Positions 12,389 to 25,976 of a DNA stretch of 48,479 bases are shown here, one piece after another. The position numbers and the translations under genes are program-made. The notes beneath the pieces are model-generated. The model saw nothing but the letters and a program-made list of their open reading frames with translations. It was not told the DNA's origin and did not search any database. The DNA is from Octopus bimaculoides (Eukaryota): positions 26,222,866 through 26,271,344 of the forward strand of contig NC_068987.1 of the NCBI RefSeq assembly GCF_001194135.2, written 5' to 3'. The first letter of the stretch is position 1. Each line of letters opens with the position of its first letter.

Positions 12389-13714
12389 TTATAAAAAAAT
12401 ATACCAATTTTTATACAAAAAAGTGTTTAACACTTGAAATTTCAACAAAGGATGAAAGGAATGAACTTTACATATTTCAGAAGGATTAATTTTACAATTT
12501 ATAGGAAGGACAGTATACACTTTATTATTATTTTTAATTTTTAATATTTCTAATGTTTTAATTAATATTATATATATACCATTGGTCCTTAATTCATCTC
12601 CGAAGAGCGGAATTACTGATAGTAAGCTGATCTTTTGATCACTTTGTGATTATAGTAATATCCGATCGTCAGATGTTTAACTCTTTAAATTTTAGTTTTT
12701 TTATATTTTATATTTTAGACTTTACAATATTCATGCTTAATTACACATAAATTTTTATACGCATTTATATTCACACGTATATTTATCTACATTCATATTT
12801 TTATACATATTTATATTTCGTATATTTATATTTAAAATTTAAAATTTATTATATTATCATGTCATATTGGATATATACCTTTCGAAATATTAAATATTGA
12901 TTTCCTGAGTATATTATTGATAAGTTTATGAATTTATTAATAATATAAAAAAACATATATATATATATATATATATATAAGGTGTGTGTGCGTTTGGATG
13001 GTTAGGATAATGATGTACCTGCTAACAAGTCCAGGAGAATACCTGTACAGAGTTTGTATAACTGTGTCGGGTCGGTGCAGTTAGATATCAATTTTATAGG
13101 GCATAACAAGATAAGGAAAAGATCGAAATCTACTTACTGTTCATATAAGAATGTGGTGTAGTATCCCCCAGCCGAGACGTTGAACTAAAAACAACGTCCA
13201 AGCCACAATGAAGGGTATACTGAAATGAAAGGGCATGGAAAGTATTACAATTCTACTTCGAATCCATTTGCATCCCGACCTTTGTCTTGTGGTGCTAGAT
13301 ATCCAACAAGTACAACCTGTCATACTTTCTCTCATTGATCATATACCATTTACTAAGCCGTCTTCTGACGTCTGAAGAGCTCAGCAAAACCAGAGGGCAA
13401 TGAATCTTGAGAACTTACAGGTTACCTTGCTGGTAGCATGGATATAGTATGTTTATGACCACCTCTCGGTATTGCTTTTGATGTGAAAAAAAATTGAACT
13501 GTTTTGTGAAAGCAATATTTTGCGATGTCGATCCCAACGAGCTAGGCCTTCTAAAACTCAAAAACTTAGATGACTACCTTGATGAATATAGCATAAATTA
13601 GTTTTGAGCTCTAGATCTGAATGAAGTAGGCCACTCACCATTACTTCGGTCATAAAAAAGTCCCAGTTGCATTGGAAGGAAAGGAATAAACCTGTTCAAA
13701 TTTTAACGAGCAAC

Positions 13715-14040
13715 GATAAAATTACTGGCACTCCGTCGGTTACGACAACGAGTGTTCTACTTGATTCGAGCAACGGGACCGTCTGCTCGTGAAATTTACG
13801 TGCGAGGCTGAGCGCTACACAGAAGCACCTACCCTTAATGTAGTTCTCAGAAAAATTCAGCATTACACAGAATATGTCAAGGCTGGTGCCTTGAAATACA
13901 GCTACAACTCATTTTTGTCTGTCGAGTGGAGTAGAGCTACGGGAAATAAAATGTCTTGCTCAAGGACACAATACGACGCCGGAAATCGAACTCAGGACGT
14001 TACAGTCGTGAACTGAATACCTCTAGCTACTAAACCACGA
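13715..14040 (-). mobile_element. tRNA-derived SINE, family B, near full length, diverged
   Basis: Head (minus) CGTGGTTTAGTAGCTAGAGGTATTCAGTTCACGACTGTAACGTCCTGAGTTCGATTTCC. The 3' half (plus reading GCTCGTGAAATTTACGTGCG..ACCCTTAATGTAGTTCTC) is shared with 17803-17920. Confidence 0.8.
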
Positions 14041-14044
14041 GTGT

Positions 14045-14886
<842 letters not shown>

Positions 14887-14935
14887 AATAATGATGATGA
14901 TGATGATGATAATAATAATAATAATAATAATAATG

Positions 14936-14988
<53 letters not shown>
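14887..14988. repeat. (AAT)n(GAT)n(AAT)n microsatellite
   Basis: Direct reading. Confidence 0.97.
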
Positions 14989-15570
14989 CGAAAGCGTGTC
15001 TCATATTGTTAATGTTCGTGAAAGCCTTGCGCAGAAAGAGTACAAGTGCAGACACGACAAAGTAGCTCAAAATCTTCGCTGGCTACTATGCCGGAAGTAT
15101 GGATACGGGGTAACAGGTGCTTGGTACCAACATACACCGGAAAAGGAAATGGACGAAAAGGGAAGGCAAAAATCTTCCGGGACTTGGGCTTCCAGACAGC
15201 CCAAATGTCAGAGCACCGAAGGCCGGACAAAGTAACCTTTAGGAGGGACAAACAAGAGTGCCTAATAATCGATGTGGCAGTTCCAGGAGATCAACATATG
15301 AGAGAAAGAGAAAAGATTGATAAATATGGCGACCTGGGAATTGAGATCTCCAAGGTGCGGCAGCTACGAGAATCAAACATAAAAGTTGTCCTTATTGTCA
15401 TCGGAGAATTGAGTTTAACATCTCCCAACTTGAATAAACATTTGGAAACTTTAGAAATAGCCTACAATCTAGCTGTATTGTAAAAATTGGCATTACTTGG
15501 AACTGCACACATATTGCGTAAAGTACTGTATGTCTGAGGTCCTTGTTGTGACTTGACAGACAGTACAAAC
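14989..15570 (+). mobile_element. 5'-truncated R4/Dong element (knuckle remnant + RLE)
   Basis: ESVSHIV..LAQKEYKCRHDKVAQNLRWLLCRKYG..WYQHTPE; HRRPD..CLIIDVAVPGD..EKIDKYGDL..VIGELS; *KLALLGTAHILRKVLYV* (premature TAA 15481-15483, terminal TGA 15535-15537). Confidence 0.9.
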
Positions 15571-15887
15571 CCCGGTAGATACAATATCTTCAATCAACAG
15601 CATCACGATATTGTAATTCGAATGCATAAATTGCGATCTTTCTTCTGACTTTTGGTTCTTCGTTGGTTTTCAACTCTCTGTATTCCCTACTCTGCACATA
15701 CACATGTCTATGTATATATATCCATTACCATCACTTGCAAGAGAGTATACCCTCATAACGTATAGCGTTTTTCCCGCTAATTATTTAGACGTCTACGTAG
15801 TTGCATGTAAATATAGACACACTGTCGGCTCTTCTATCCACTTGAGCCAGCGGAACATCGAGAATATGACAGATGTAGTGAGCGTGG

Positions 15888-15888
<1 letters not shown>

Positions 15889-15933
<45 letters not shown>
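15889..15933. repeat. (GA)n microsatellite running into a gap
   Basis: Direct reading. Confidence 0.97.
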
Positions 15934-16294
15934 NNNNNNNNNNNNNNNNNNNNNNNNNNNNNNNNNNNNNNNNNNNNNNNNNNNNNNNNNNNNNNNNNNN
16001 NNNNNNNNNNNNNNNNNNNNNNNNNNNNNNNNNNNNNNNNNNNNNNNNNNNNNNNNNNNNNNNNNNNNNNNNNNNNNNNNNNNNNNNNNNNNNNNNNNNN
16101 NNNNNNNNNNNNNNNNNNNNNNNNNNNNNNNNNNNNNNNNNNNNNNNNNNNNNNNNNNNNNNNNNNNNNNNNNNNNNNNNNNNNNNNNNNNNNNNNNNNN
16201 NNNNNNNNNNNNNNNNNNNNNNNNNNNNNNNNNNNNNNNNNNNNNNNNNNNNNNNNNNNNNNNNNNNNNNNNNNNNNNNNNNNNNNNNNNNNNN

Positions 16295-16390
16295 AGACTT
16301 GAAGTAGAGTGCCTTGCTCAAGAACACAAAGCACTGCCCCCACCTAGGAATGAAAACCACGAGCTTGTAATCGTGAGTTGAACACCCTGA
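16295..16390 (-). mobile_element. SINE head fragment (family B-like)
   Basis: Plus reading GTGCCTTGCTCAAGAACACAAAGCAC..GGAATGAAAACCACGAGCTTGTAATCGTGAGTTGAACACCCT, similar to the heads at 8320-8480 and 13950-14040. Confidence 0.65.
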
Positions 16391-16481
16391 CGACTCGATC
16401 ACGCGCTATATACATGTACGTACATAAATACAGATATGTCGGCGTGTACGTAGGAGCGAATGACTGTCGACAGTAGCATTC

Positions 16482-16520
16482 ACATACACACACACACATG
16501 CACATGCACACACGCACTCG

Positions 16521-16575
<55 letters not shown>
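16482..16575. repeat. (CA)n microsatellite
   Basis: Direct reading. Confidence 0.95.
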
Positions 16576-16576
<1 letters not shown>

Positions 16577-16739
16577 GACACAAAGAGGCATATGTATTTG
16601 TGAGTAATATTTCATAACTGAGAAAACTTCCTAATGTAGCAGTTATTCATATTTCTGCAATAAAACTCAGTTTAAGTATTAGATAGGTTGTATTATTACA
16701 TCACTCGCAATTTCATTTCCCATATTCTAATATTCAGCA

Positions 16740-16880
16740 GTTTAAGCTGCGAGTTGGCAGAGTCGTTAAATCGTTGGTTAAAATTCCATCTGGTATTTGT
16801 TTCTATTCTGTGTGCTCTGAGTTCAAATGACACTGAAATAAATTTTACCTTTCATCTTTTTGGGGTTGGTAAATAAAGTA
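16740..16880 (+). mobile_element. SINE family C, decayed 5' part
   Basis: GCGAGTTGGCAGAGTCGTTA..CTGAGTTCAAAT..TTTACCTTTCATCTTTTTGGGGTTGGTAAATAAAGTA, homologous to 42052-42189. Confidence 0.7.
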
Positions 16881-17802
16881 TCACTCCTGTAATAAGGTGC
16901 TCAGATAGTTCTCCTTCCTAAATTTAAGTAACAAATAGGCCTTGTGTAAACTCAGTGGAATGAGCCCAGTCCGACAGGTATAAAATTTCCAAAACGTTCC
17001 TCAAGTTACGATACTATACTACAACTCTTGTCTAGTGCGTTGATTTGATTCAAGTCAACGCACTAGACAGCCATTATGTACCCATACAAAAAACGCTCCC
17101 ACGTGGACTATGTTGACACCAGTAAGGAACAAATATGAACTTTTCTTTTAGTTACATTTTTTTAAATATGTATTTTTGGTAAGGTTCGTTTTTTCAAGAA
17201 CCGAAACATGTTAAATATCTCTGAGAAAATTATAAATTAAAATTCATTTTTTATATATTGGCGTTTTCAAACTTCTTTTTTTATAAATATATACCCACTC
17301 GTATGCCNNNNNNNNNNNNNNNNNNNNNNNNNNNNNNNNNNNNNNNNNNNNNNNNNNNNNNNNNNNNNNNNNNNNNNNNNNNNNNNNNNNNNNNNNNNNN
17401 NNNNNNNNNNNNNNNNNNNNNNNNNNNNNNNNNNNNNNNNNNNNNNNNNNNNNNNNNNNNNNNNNNNNNNNNNNNNNNNNNNNNNNNNNNNNNNNNNNNN
17501 NNNNNNNNNNNNNNNNNNNNNNNNNNNNNNNNNNNNNNNNNNNNNNNNNNNNNNNNNNNNNNNNNNNNNNNNNNNNNNNNNNNNNNNNNNNNNNNNNNNN
17601 NNNNNNNNNNNNNNNNNNNNNNNNNNNNNNNNNNNNNNNNNNNNNNNNNNNNNNNNNNNNNNNNNNNNNNNNNNNNNNNNNNNNNNNNNNNNNNNNNNNN
17701 NNNNNNNNNNNNNNNNNNNNNNNNNNNNNNNNNNNNNNNNNNNNNNNNNNNNNNNNNNNNNNNNNNNNNNNNNNNNNNNNNNNNNNNNNNNNNNNNNNNN
17801 NN

Positions 17803-18118
17803 CGTGCAAGTGGCTGAGCACTCCACAGACACGTGTACCCTTAACGTAGTTCTCGGGAAGATTCAGCGTGACACAGTGTGACACAGTGTGACAAGGGTGA
17901 CCCTTTGAATTACAGGCACAACAGAAACAGGAAGTAAGAGTGAGAGAAAGTTGTGGTAGAAGAGTACAGCAGGGTTCACCACCATCCCTTGCCGGAGCCT
18001 CGTGGAACTTTAGGTGTTTTCGCTCAATAAACACTCACAACGCCAGGTCTAGGAATCGAAACCGCGATCCTATGACCGCGAGTCCGCTCCCCTAACCACT
18101 GGGCCATTGCGCCTCCAC
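17803..18118 (-). mobile_element. tRNA-derived SINE, family B variant; 3' end lost in gap
   Basis: Head (minus) GTGGAGGCGCAATGGCCCAGTGGTTAGGGGAGCGGACTCGCGGTCATAGGATCGCGGTTTCGATTCCTAGACC. Low divergence; small GACACAGTGT duplication. Confidence 0.9.
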
Positions 18119-18646
18119 ACTTGTCAGTAAAATATTAAGAACAAACAACGCTTTAATTTTACAGTACAAGATTTTGAGTGTATGAACAATTAGTGAACCT
18201 ATGTTTAGTCAAAAACGATACGGTATCACATCACATGATGCCTATTGATATAATTTTATATCAAAATTGGTAAACAATGATGTCGTTGTTAAAAGGATTC
18301 AAATGGACCGCGTCACTCGTTCACTACACTGGGAGCGAGTGAGACTGGGTAGATCTAGAAAAAGAGCTATGTAGATTGCACAATATCATTTAGGCAGGTT
18401 ATCTCCCGGTGCCAAAACTTGGGCTGATCAGAGCTGATCAACCTGACTTGTGACTGCTCAAAAACATCTTTGATGTGATGTGGAAAAAAAAAAAGTCATC
18501 TGGGCCTACCAGACCCCCTTGCTTTTTGCTACGATGGAAAATCAGAAGAACGGGGATCAAGTGAAGTGGTCCAATTAGGTCTCGAACTTAGATTCTAGTC
18601 TTGGCTGTCGCAGACCGAAATGACAACGTGAACACACACACACACA

Positions 18647-18679
<33 letters not shown>

Positions 18680-18769
18680 TATGACTGCTGAACTAGTGTG
18701 TATATAAACTAACGGAGGCTATATTGATTTTGCTTAACTAGAAACGAGGTCGATGTTTATTAGGGAAGC

Positions 18770-18880
18770 TGTATAGTCGATTGAATCGACCCAAGTATAT
18801 TACCCATAATTATGTTATTGAATATGGAGATATGAAAAGAACAATTTGACTGAATAGCATTTGATCTGAATCGTTAAGGA
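18770..18880 (-). mobile_element. SINE family C, highly decayed fragment
   Basis: GTCGATTGAATCGACCCAAGTA..ATGAAAAGAACAATTTGAC..GCATTTGATCTGAA resembles the reverse complement of the family C body. Confidence 0.45.
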
Positions 18881-18945
18881 ACAAAACTAAACGCTGTATA
18901 GCATTTAGTTCACTTTCCTACTTTTACTGGTATTGTATCATCTAT

Positions 18946-19022
18946 ACGACGACGAAGGCGACGACGACGACGACGACGACGACGACCACCACCACCACCA
19001 CCACCACCACCACCACCACCAC
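18946..19022. repeat. (GAC)n(CAC)n microsatellite
   Basis: Direct reading. Confidence 0.95.
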
Positions 19023-20619
19023 CTTATAATCTAAAACTTCATAAGCAACAGCATCAATAATTGTGTAATAGAGCCTCTTTTTTGTGTTAGTTGACTTATC
19101 AGAGACTAGAAAGATGTCTGAATAATTGAAGGACACCAAGAACGAGTATTAACTGAAGATTCCTCTCTTGAGCTGGGCAGCCAAATCTTGATTATTCGAG
19201 AAAGAGAAAGCATACGAAACTGGAGTATGCCGGATTAGAATTCCGGATATCACACTCGACAATAAGTTTATTAAAAAGTTTCTTCTTAAAAATCTATGTA
19301 TAAGATCGTATAAAATGAAGCAAGGTGAGTTACGAATAACGGAATAAATGATTTTATTTCTTCGTGGAAACATCAAAACTAACTTCTTTCTACAGTTCAC
19401 AAGCCAACTCTTTCCACTAATTTTAACAAACATTGCTTTAAATTCGACCTTCTCGGCATGACTAGCAATTTTTGGTAACACGTCAGTTTTACAAATCTCG
19501 CTTCTGCCTCAAATTATGAATTCTAATTCCAAGGTCCAGACTAAATAACATATCTGTTTTACTACCCTCCTAAAAGGAACATGGCGAAGTACACTTCGTT
19601 GGTTTGAGTAGATGGGGGTAGTATGGGTTGTACAGTGTTTGCTAATTTATCATTATTTTGCATACAAACAGCTCAGAGAATCAACCTGAAAAATGCCCGA
19701 GTAGATAAAAAAAAAAATGGGTGGAAAAATTGGCTTATATATCTGACAAGCTATTTCTTTTTCTCTCTTTTCATTGGCATAAAAGAATGAGTTCATTGAT
19801 GAGAAAATCTGAAATATTTCTCCCGTATGAGCTTAGAAGAGAAACAACTGCTAACATGCTACGTTAAAATCGAGATTGTAATATGTTAGAAAGTTAACAC
19901 TGCGTTTCGATCAGCAATAATGAGGAGAAAGTGAGACTTGCAATCGAAGATAATCTGTTATTCTGGTAAGCGGGAACCAATATATCATAGAACTCTTCTA
20001 TAACACGTCACTGATTCTATTCATGGTTTTCATTTGGGAACCGTTTTAGCATCAATCTTGGAACACGAGTTCTCAACAAAAACGAAGAGGTTTTGTAAGA
20101 AAAGATAAATCATACGGTCATTTTTCTAAAGGACTAATTAACTCGACAAAAGCACTGTTTTTACAACAAAGCACTGTTTTACATGGGGAGGGTATGTTCT
20201 CTGTTCGGGTTCCGGTTTTAACAAATTACTCTCGATAAATGTATTGATAAATTATATATGAGGTAAGTTCTATTGATAATATAACGTTGTAAACAGCACT
20301 GTTGAATTATTGTCATTGATTATATGGCTATGTTATATTTTTATATCTTATCGCAAATGACCGCATTATTAGACACCCTGACTAAACGCCGAGCGTGTTT
20401 TATACTTCTTTTTTTTTTTGTTTCTGTATCGAGTGTTCAAATCACACAAGAGACACATTTGTTCCTCATGCTTTCGATATGTACACACATACATGTACGT
20501 ATATATACACTTATTTAGGCAGGCAAAATGTATACGCAAAAAATTACAGTGTAACACACCAACTGGTGATTTAGGGCAGGAATGCATGTCCGTTTGTGTA
20601 CGTATAAAGATATAGGCAC

Positions 20620-20830
20620 ATATGTATATATATAGATGTATATATGTGTGTGTGTGGGTGTGTATACACATTCGCCTGATTACATGCGCATACATGTCTC
20701 AGGTAGGTAAATGGTATGTGCGTGTGTATAAATCGTTATATACACACATACAAATATATATGCATATGCATACTAAGTAGGGGTATGTATGTCTACAATA
20801 GTTAGTTGTATGCATGTGTGTGTGTGTGTA

Positions 20831-20882
<52 letters not shown>

Positions 20883-21238
20883 GTATATACATACACAAAC
20901 ATATATTTGTAAATTTTGATGTCTCTTTGACTATATAAGTGTGTGTTTGTGCGTGTGTGCACGAATTTTATTGGCTGTAAGTGTGTTTTCATTCACGTGT
21001 TCATGAATATATCAGGCTGCATGAGTGGATGCTTGCGCATGAATTTTTACACACGCGCCCGTGTTCCATTCTATGCGCCATTGTATATGTACGCTTGCAT
21101 GTGTATGTATATGTTATATGTGTGTATTTCTGTGCCTGTATGTGTGTGTGTGTTGATCAATCAGCTATTTCACAACTGATGTTTATCATTTAATTCCTGT
21201 ACGTGCGTATATGATTGCATCTATATGTGCATGCATGC

Positions 21239-21284
<46 letters not shown>

Positions 21285-21340
21285 ACACACAAGCACACAC
21301 ACAGATAAACACACAGGTACACAGATACACACACATATCA
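20620..21340. repeat. Degenerate (TG)/(TA)/(CA) microsatellite field
   Basis: Pure (TA)n blocks at ~20832-20870 and ~21242-21281 within TG-rich low-complexity DNA. Confidence 0.8.
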
Positions 21341-21689
21341 GTTAGGCTGTTGTAGTTTGCAATTAAAATTAGTTCTAACAAATACATATAGCCGAGAAAC
21401 CGTGTCCTGTTTCTCGTTAGTCACCATTCATGAACGATTTTATTTACTTATGTTATCATTCATTCATACTGGAAATTGTCGATGTTAAGAGATATATATG
21501 ATGAAGTTACATGCAATATAGCTTACATTAAAGTCTGACTGACGTCTCTCCTATTTATTGAGGCGGTGGGGATGATATGAACAATACGAAAAAAAAAAAA
21601 GCCAAGAAATATGTTAAAAAAAATCTATGACATTTATGTTTGTTTGGGCTCTTTATATTCCGTAATATAGCGGTTCGACAAATAAGTTC

Positions 21690-21760
21690 CAAATTTGAAA
21701 TATGCAACGCACTAGCATGGCTGCAGTCCAGTGACTGAAGCATGTAAAAGAATAAAAAGT
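21690..21760 (+). mobile_element. SINE family A tail fragment
   Basis: CTAGCATGGCTGCAGTCCAGTGACTGAAGCATGTAAAAGAATAAAA. Confidence 0.65.
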
Positions 21761-22129
21761 AATGAACTACTAAAAAATAACTATAACAATACACTCATAG
21801 AAAAAGAAAATTTTTATTGTGTTTTTGTAGAAAAATCCTAACAGCGAGATATTTTCAACTTCCAAATACATCAAAGGTTTAGTTGTTGGATTCTTTGACA
21901 TAGCGAAGCTTTGATCTTTGAATTCATTTGTGTCACATTTATGTCGGGATAATAACATTTATTAATTCACCCATGAAGCACACACGTTTTTTTGTTTTAT
22001 GGCCGGAATGAAGCTAGGATGTAAATGGTTCGGGCCCGATTTACTGTCACTCGGTTGTTTGGGGGCTGATCAATGCTAATAATACTGAAGAGGGAAATCT
22101 ATAGATATCAACAAAACAGTGTCAACATA

Positions 22130-22680
22130 GGCCACATAGCAAGGTAGTCTCTTCATGAGGCAACAAGAGATTTCTAAATGAATCAATTCAGCAGTCTCTG
22201 CACGAGCCATATAACCATCTCTACATTATGCAACTAGAAATTATCTATATGTATCAACTAGCGAATCTCCCTACATGATCCACCTAAGAAGTTTCTACAT
22301 GGATTAAAATGACATCTCTACATGATTCAGCAAAGCAATATCTGTATGAGCCAAGAAACCAGTTACTAAATGAAGCAAGGGACTCTCTAGATAAGTCGTA
22401 AGACGGTCTATATAGGAGCCAACAAGGGAACTTCTACATGAGTCAAAGGAGGAGCTATGAGACTACAAGTAGAACTGCTTGAGTCAACTAAGGAACTCAT
22501 GCATGAGCCAATTGTGAAATCTCTACATGAATCAACACGGAATTCTACGTAAGCCCAAAGGGAGTTTCTCTGATGAACCAACAAGGCAGCAGGTACACCA
22601 GCTAAAAGAAAAAATTCTAGACATGATCCGATGATGTAACCTTATGAATCCCCGAGGGAGACTCTACCAGGTCACTCTCT
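22130..22680. repeat. Degenerate ~22-24 bp minisatellite, consensus approx. CTCTACATGAGTCAACNAGGAA
   Basis: Recurrent (T/C)CTACATGA(G/A/T)(T/C)CAAC at ~23 bp spacing, with roughly 20 or more decayed units by eye. Confidence 0.65.
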
Positions 22681-23239
22681 ACCTGTTAAACGAGGTGCCA
22701 AATTGAACTAACACTTACAAAAAAACAAACAAGAAGCGGAATGACAGATTGGAGAATGTAATTCTGCATATGTCTAAAAATTGTGTTAATTACGGTTGGG
22801 ATGCTTATGATGACAGACCGGCTTAATCTGGATTTCGTAAGTGTTAAACCAAAACCAAAACCAAATCCAAAACAAGAGCAACCATGACACTGCCGCCGTA
22901 AATGAGTATCATACACGATGTAACAAAAAAAACAACACAAAACAAAATCCCAACAATGGTAAAACAAAAATTAAAAAAGAAAAGTTGTCGGTTCATGCAC
23001 GATCCACAATGTAATGTTATGCCTCGTTGGTTAAGACTTTCAACTCTCACTTGATCAGAACCCCTAGACTACTTATTGGACTATGGAAAGACATCACATG
23101 ACGCCAAAAGATATGATACATAATTTCAAAACTAATTGTATTGTATTAAATCGCTCTGCTTTGTTCTATGAACGAAATTATTAACTATGACTGGTTCCAC
23201 AAGGGCTATTTTTTTAAAACAGTAATTAGGTTACAAGCG

Positions 23240-24010
23240 CAGACATGGCTGCATGGTATCTTGAACCAGTGCCCAAGCTTGCCTGGGCCAGTGTCCAAGC
23301 CTGCTTCTCAATCCACTGCGTGGCATCTTGGACCAGTGTCTTCTACTATAGCTCTGGAACAGCTAAAGCCTTGTGAGTGGAAATGTGACATTAGAGAAGC
23401 CCGTGGTGTAGACACACAAACACACACACAAACACCCACACACACCCACACACAGATAGACACACACACATACACACAAACACACACACACGCACACACA
23501 CACGCGCGCACATACACAAAAAAGCATATGTGTATGTGTGTGTGTGAATGTCTTCTATTTTTTAGTTGTTATAAATCTTCTACTGAGGTGGGAGCTGGGG
23601 TTTCCAACAAAGATACAAGACTCAATCTTTGGGTTGTAGTTAACACAGAAAAATTCACATTTGGAACTTGAGAAAAAGTCTTGCATATTTTTACTGTTCT
23701 ACACACAAATTTGACTTCTAATGTACGAATCAGCCGGTCAGTTTCTCTTTCTGATAATTCCACTTTATCCAGATTCTCCTTTAAGCATTATGTATGTATG
23801 TATGTATCTATGTATGTGCGTGCTTGTGTTGTCCTTACCACGGCTTGACAAACTGTGTTGGTTTGCTTACAACCCTGTGACTTAGCTGTTCAGTATAAAA
23901 AAGAATGATAGTATAAGTTTCAAGTTTAAAACCAGTACTGGAGTCGATTTTCTCCACTAAACTCGTCAAGGCGGTGCTGCAGCATGGCCACAGTCCAATG
24001 ACTGAAAAGA
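23240..24010 (+). mobile_element. SINE family A, interrupted by microsatellites and a LINE fragment
   Basis: 5' part CCACTGCGTGGCATCTTGGACCAGTGTCTTCTACTATAGC..AAAGCCTTGTGAGTGG (23310-23410). 3' part ending GGCGGTGCTGCAGCATGGCCACAGTCCAATGACTGAAAAG (23810-24010). Confidence 0.75.
23560..23785 (-). mobile_element. Probable C-terminal tip of an RLE-type non-LTR element
   Basis: ENLDKVELSERETDRLIRTLEVKFVCRTVKICKTF resembles the GTVKICKTF-type C-termini I recall for RLE-clade elements. Not verified by search. Confidence 0.4.
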
Positions 24011-25727
24011 AAATATCGATGATTTAGTTGCTAAACCGCAGGTTTGTCCTAATCGAACACAGTTAGGTATAAAAGCGTTCCAGTCGTGATCACTTCATCA
24101 TTTCGCTTTTCATCAGGGATTACATTGTCAAAAAAGACCTAGCTCTAATTATTTTCGTCGGAAAAACATCTCAAAATAACTTGTGTATTGAACATTTCAG
24201 TATTAAATTTGTTTTTAAAGACAGATTTGGCTGTTATTTCTAGCAGGCAGAGGGATGATGTAGAGAATGCCCTATTGGGTTGTGTAACTATTTGCACCGT
24301 TCTCCCCTCATGTAAGTAGGTGTCATGTTATGACTTGGTGAAGTTCACCTCTGAAAGCGGTAGCAGCAATGTGTCGTTAACGAGATGTTTTTGCTTTGTA
24401 ACTTTGTGCTACTGACTTTGATTCCTCACATATATGTGGGATTAGCGACAGGGTAGTCGATTAGGTTCATCTTTGCCTCTGCACCAAGAAAATATTAAAA
24501 AGATTAGCGAAAAAAGGGGAGAAGAAGGAAAGGGAAAATTAAAAGGACTATGGAGAGGAGCAGAAGACGAAGAAACAAGTAAAGTGAGGACAAAAATAAT
24601 TTAAAATCAAGACAAGAGAGAAGAATAAGATATAGTAGAGGAAAAAGAAATGGAACGAAAAAGAGAAAATCGTAATCTGATGATGAAGAGGCTGACATAA
24701 AGGTCGAAGGATAAAAGAACAAAGAAGAAATAGTAGTAGTAGTAGTAGTAACGAAAGAAAAGGAGATGGTGCTGATGATGGCGATGATGATGATGTTGAA
24801 TCATGTTGGAATCTATAAATCCTAACGTACAATTTCTCATATGAGTGTGTATACATACTCGTGTATGTGTTTATGTGTATGTGCGTGTGTGTGTATACAT
24901 TCACGCACACACACATAAACACACACACACACTATGTATAATACATAACGTAATATAATATAAACATATAAGATATACACATAATAAAATATAATATTAT
25001 ATAAATAGGTATGTACTCAAATGCTTACACACCAGAACACACCACATACACACATACACGAACACACACACATCCAGGGTAGAATTAAATTAATATACTA
25101 TCTTGAAACAATTATAGATTAAACTATCGGTATGTATAACATTTATGACGTGTATACAAACGTAGAACATTACTGGCTGTATTATTTTGTATCAGAAAAA
25201 CATCTCAAAGAAACTTATGAGTTATACGCACCGGCATTTTGATCTTAAGCTGTTTCAAGTGCTTACATAATTTAATTCTTGCCTTGTTTGCTTTTGCACA
25301 AATCAGTAGATGTTTTATTTATCGATTTCTATATCGGAACAAGCATTTTTTGTATTGGTTCAAAACGTCCGGGGTATTCGTCGCTTAAAAGACCAAAGCA
25401 GGTCAAAACACTGTGCCTCTCCTGGCTTTGTGGTTTTCAATCTTAGAGACGTTTGAGACAAAATATCCGTAGCTAAAGCCGTTCTATGCTTGTATACACA
25501 TTATAAAACGTTATATACACCAAAATGTCTTACATATAATAAAACACCATGTTTTTCAACCCCCAGTTGCGCAGATAGAAGGAAACTAAAACAACAGATG
25601 TGGTGGGAGTCAGTGATAGTCAGAAGTGCCAAATGCAGGTGAGCTGTAGTGGGAGGTTTTACTTTGCAGTAGCTGGTATTTTAATCAAAACTTTTATCGT
25701 AAAATTGTATTTAATCTATCAATTTGA

Positions 25728-25768
25728 TACACACACGCACACACACACACACACGCGCGCACACATAT

Positions 25769-25813
<45 letters not shown>

Positions 25814-25976
25814 AACACACACACACAAACACACACACAAACACACACACAAAGCACACAAACGCACACTCACGTACATATGAAATAAAATATTAAATTT
25901 CATTTCAAAACATGATCGCTGATGTAACATTTATAAACGACATATATATATATACATACATATATATATATATATA
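25728..25976. repeat. (CA)n/(TA)n microsatellite field next to a gap
   Basis: Direct reading. Confidence 0.9.

Noticed and set aside
13370-13395. CTGAAGA-GCTCAGC-AAAA
   Set aside because: It lacks G12 and has no stem I or helix III support.
17990-18118. tRNA genes at the tRNA-like heads (also ~2080-2150, 8400-8480, 13960-14040)
   Set aside because: No complete cloverleaf or acceptor stem; each continues into a SINE body.
19149-19481. 110 aa minus-strand ORF (also unassigned coding-like stretches at 2345-2716 and 13141-13335)
   Set aside because: No recognisable motif; left unassigned pending BLASTX/HMM searches.
22130-22680. CRISPR-like array
   Set aside because: Eukaryotic context, contiguous degenerate units, no unique spacers and no cas genes.
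24101-24116. Minus-strand CTGATGA-AAAGC-GAAA
   Set aside because: There is no room for stem II and no stem I/III pairing.
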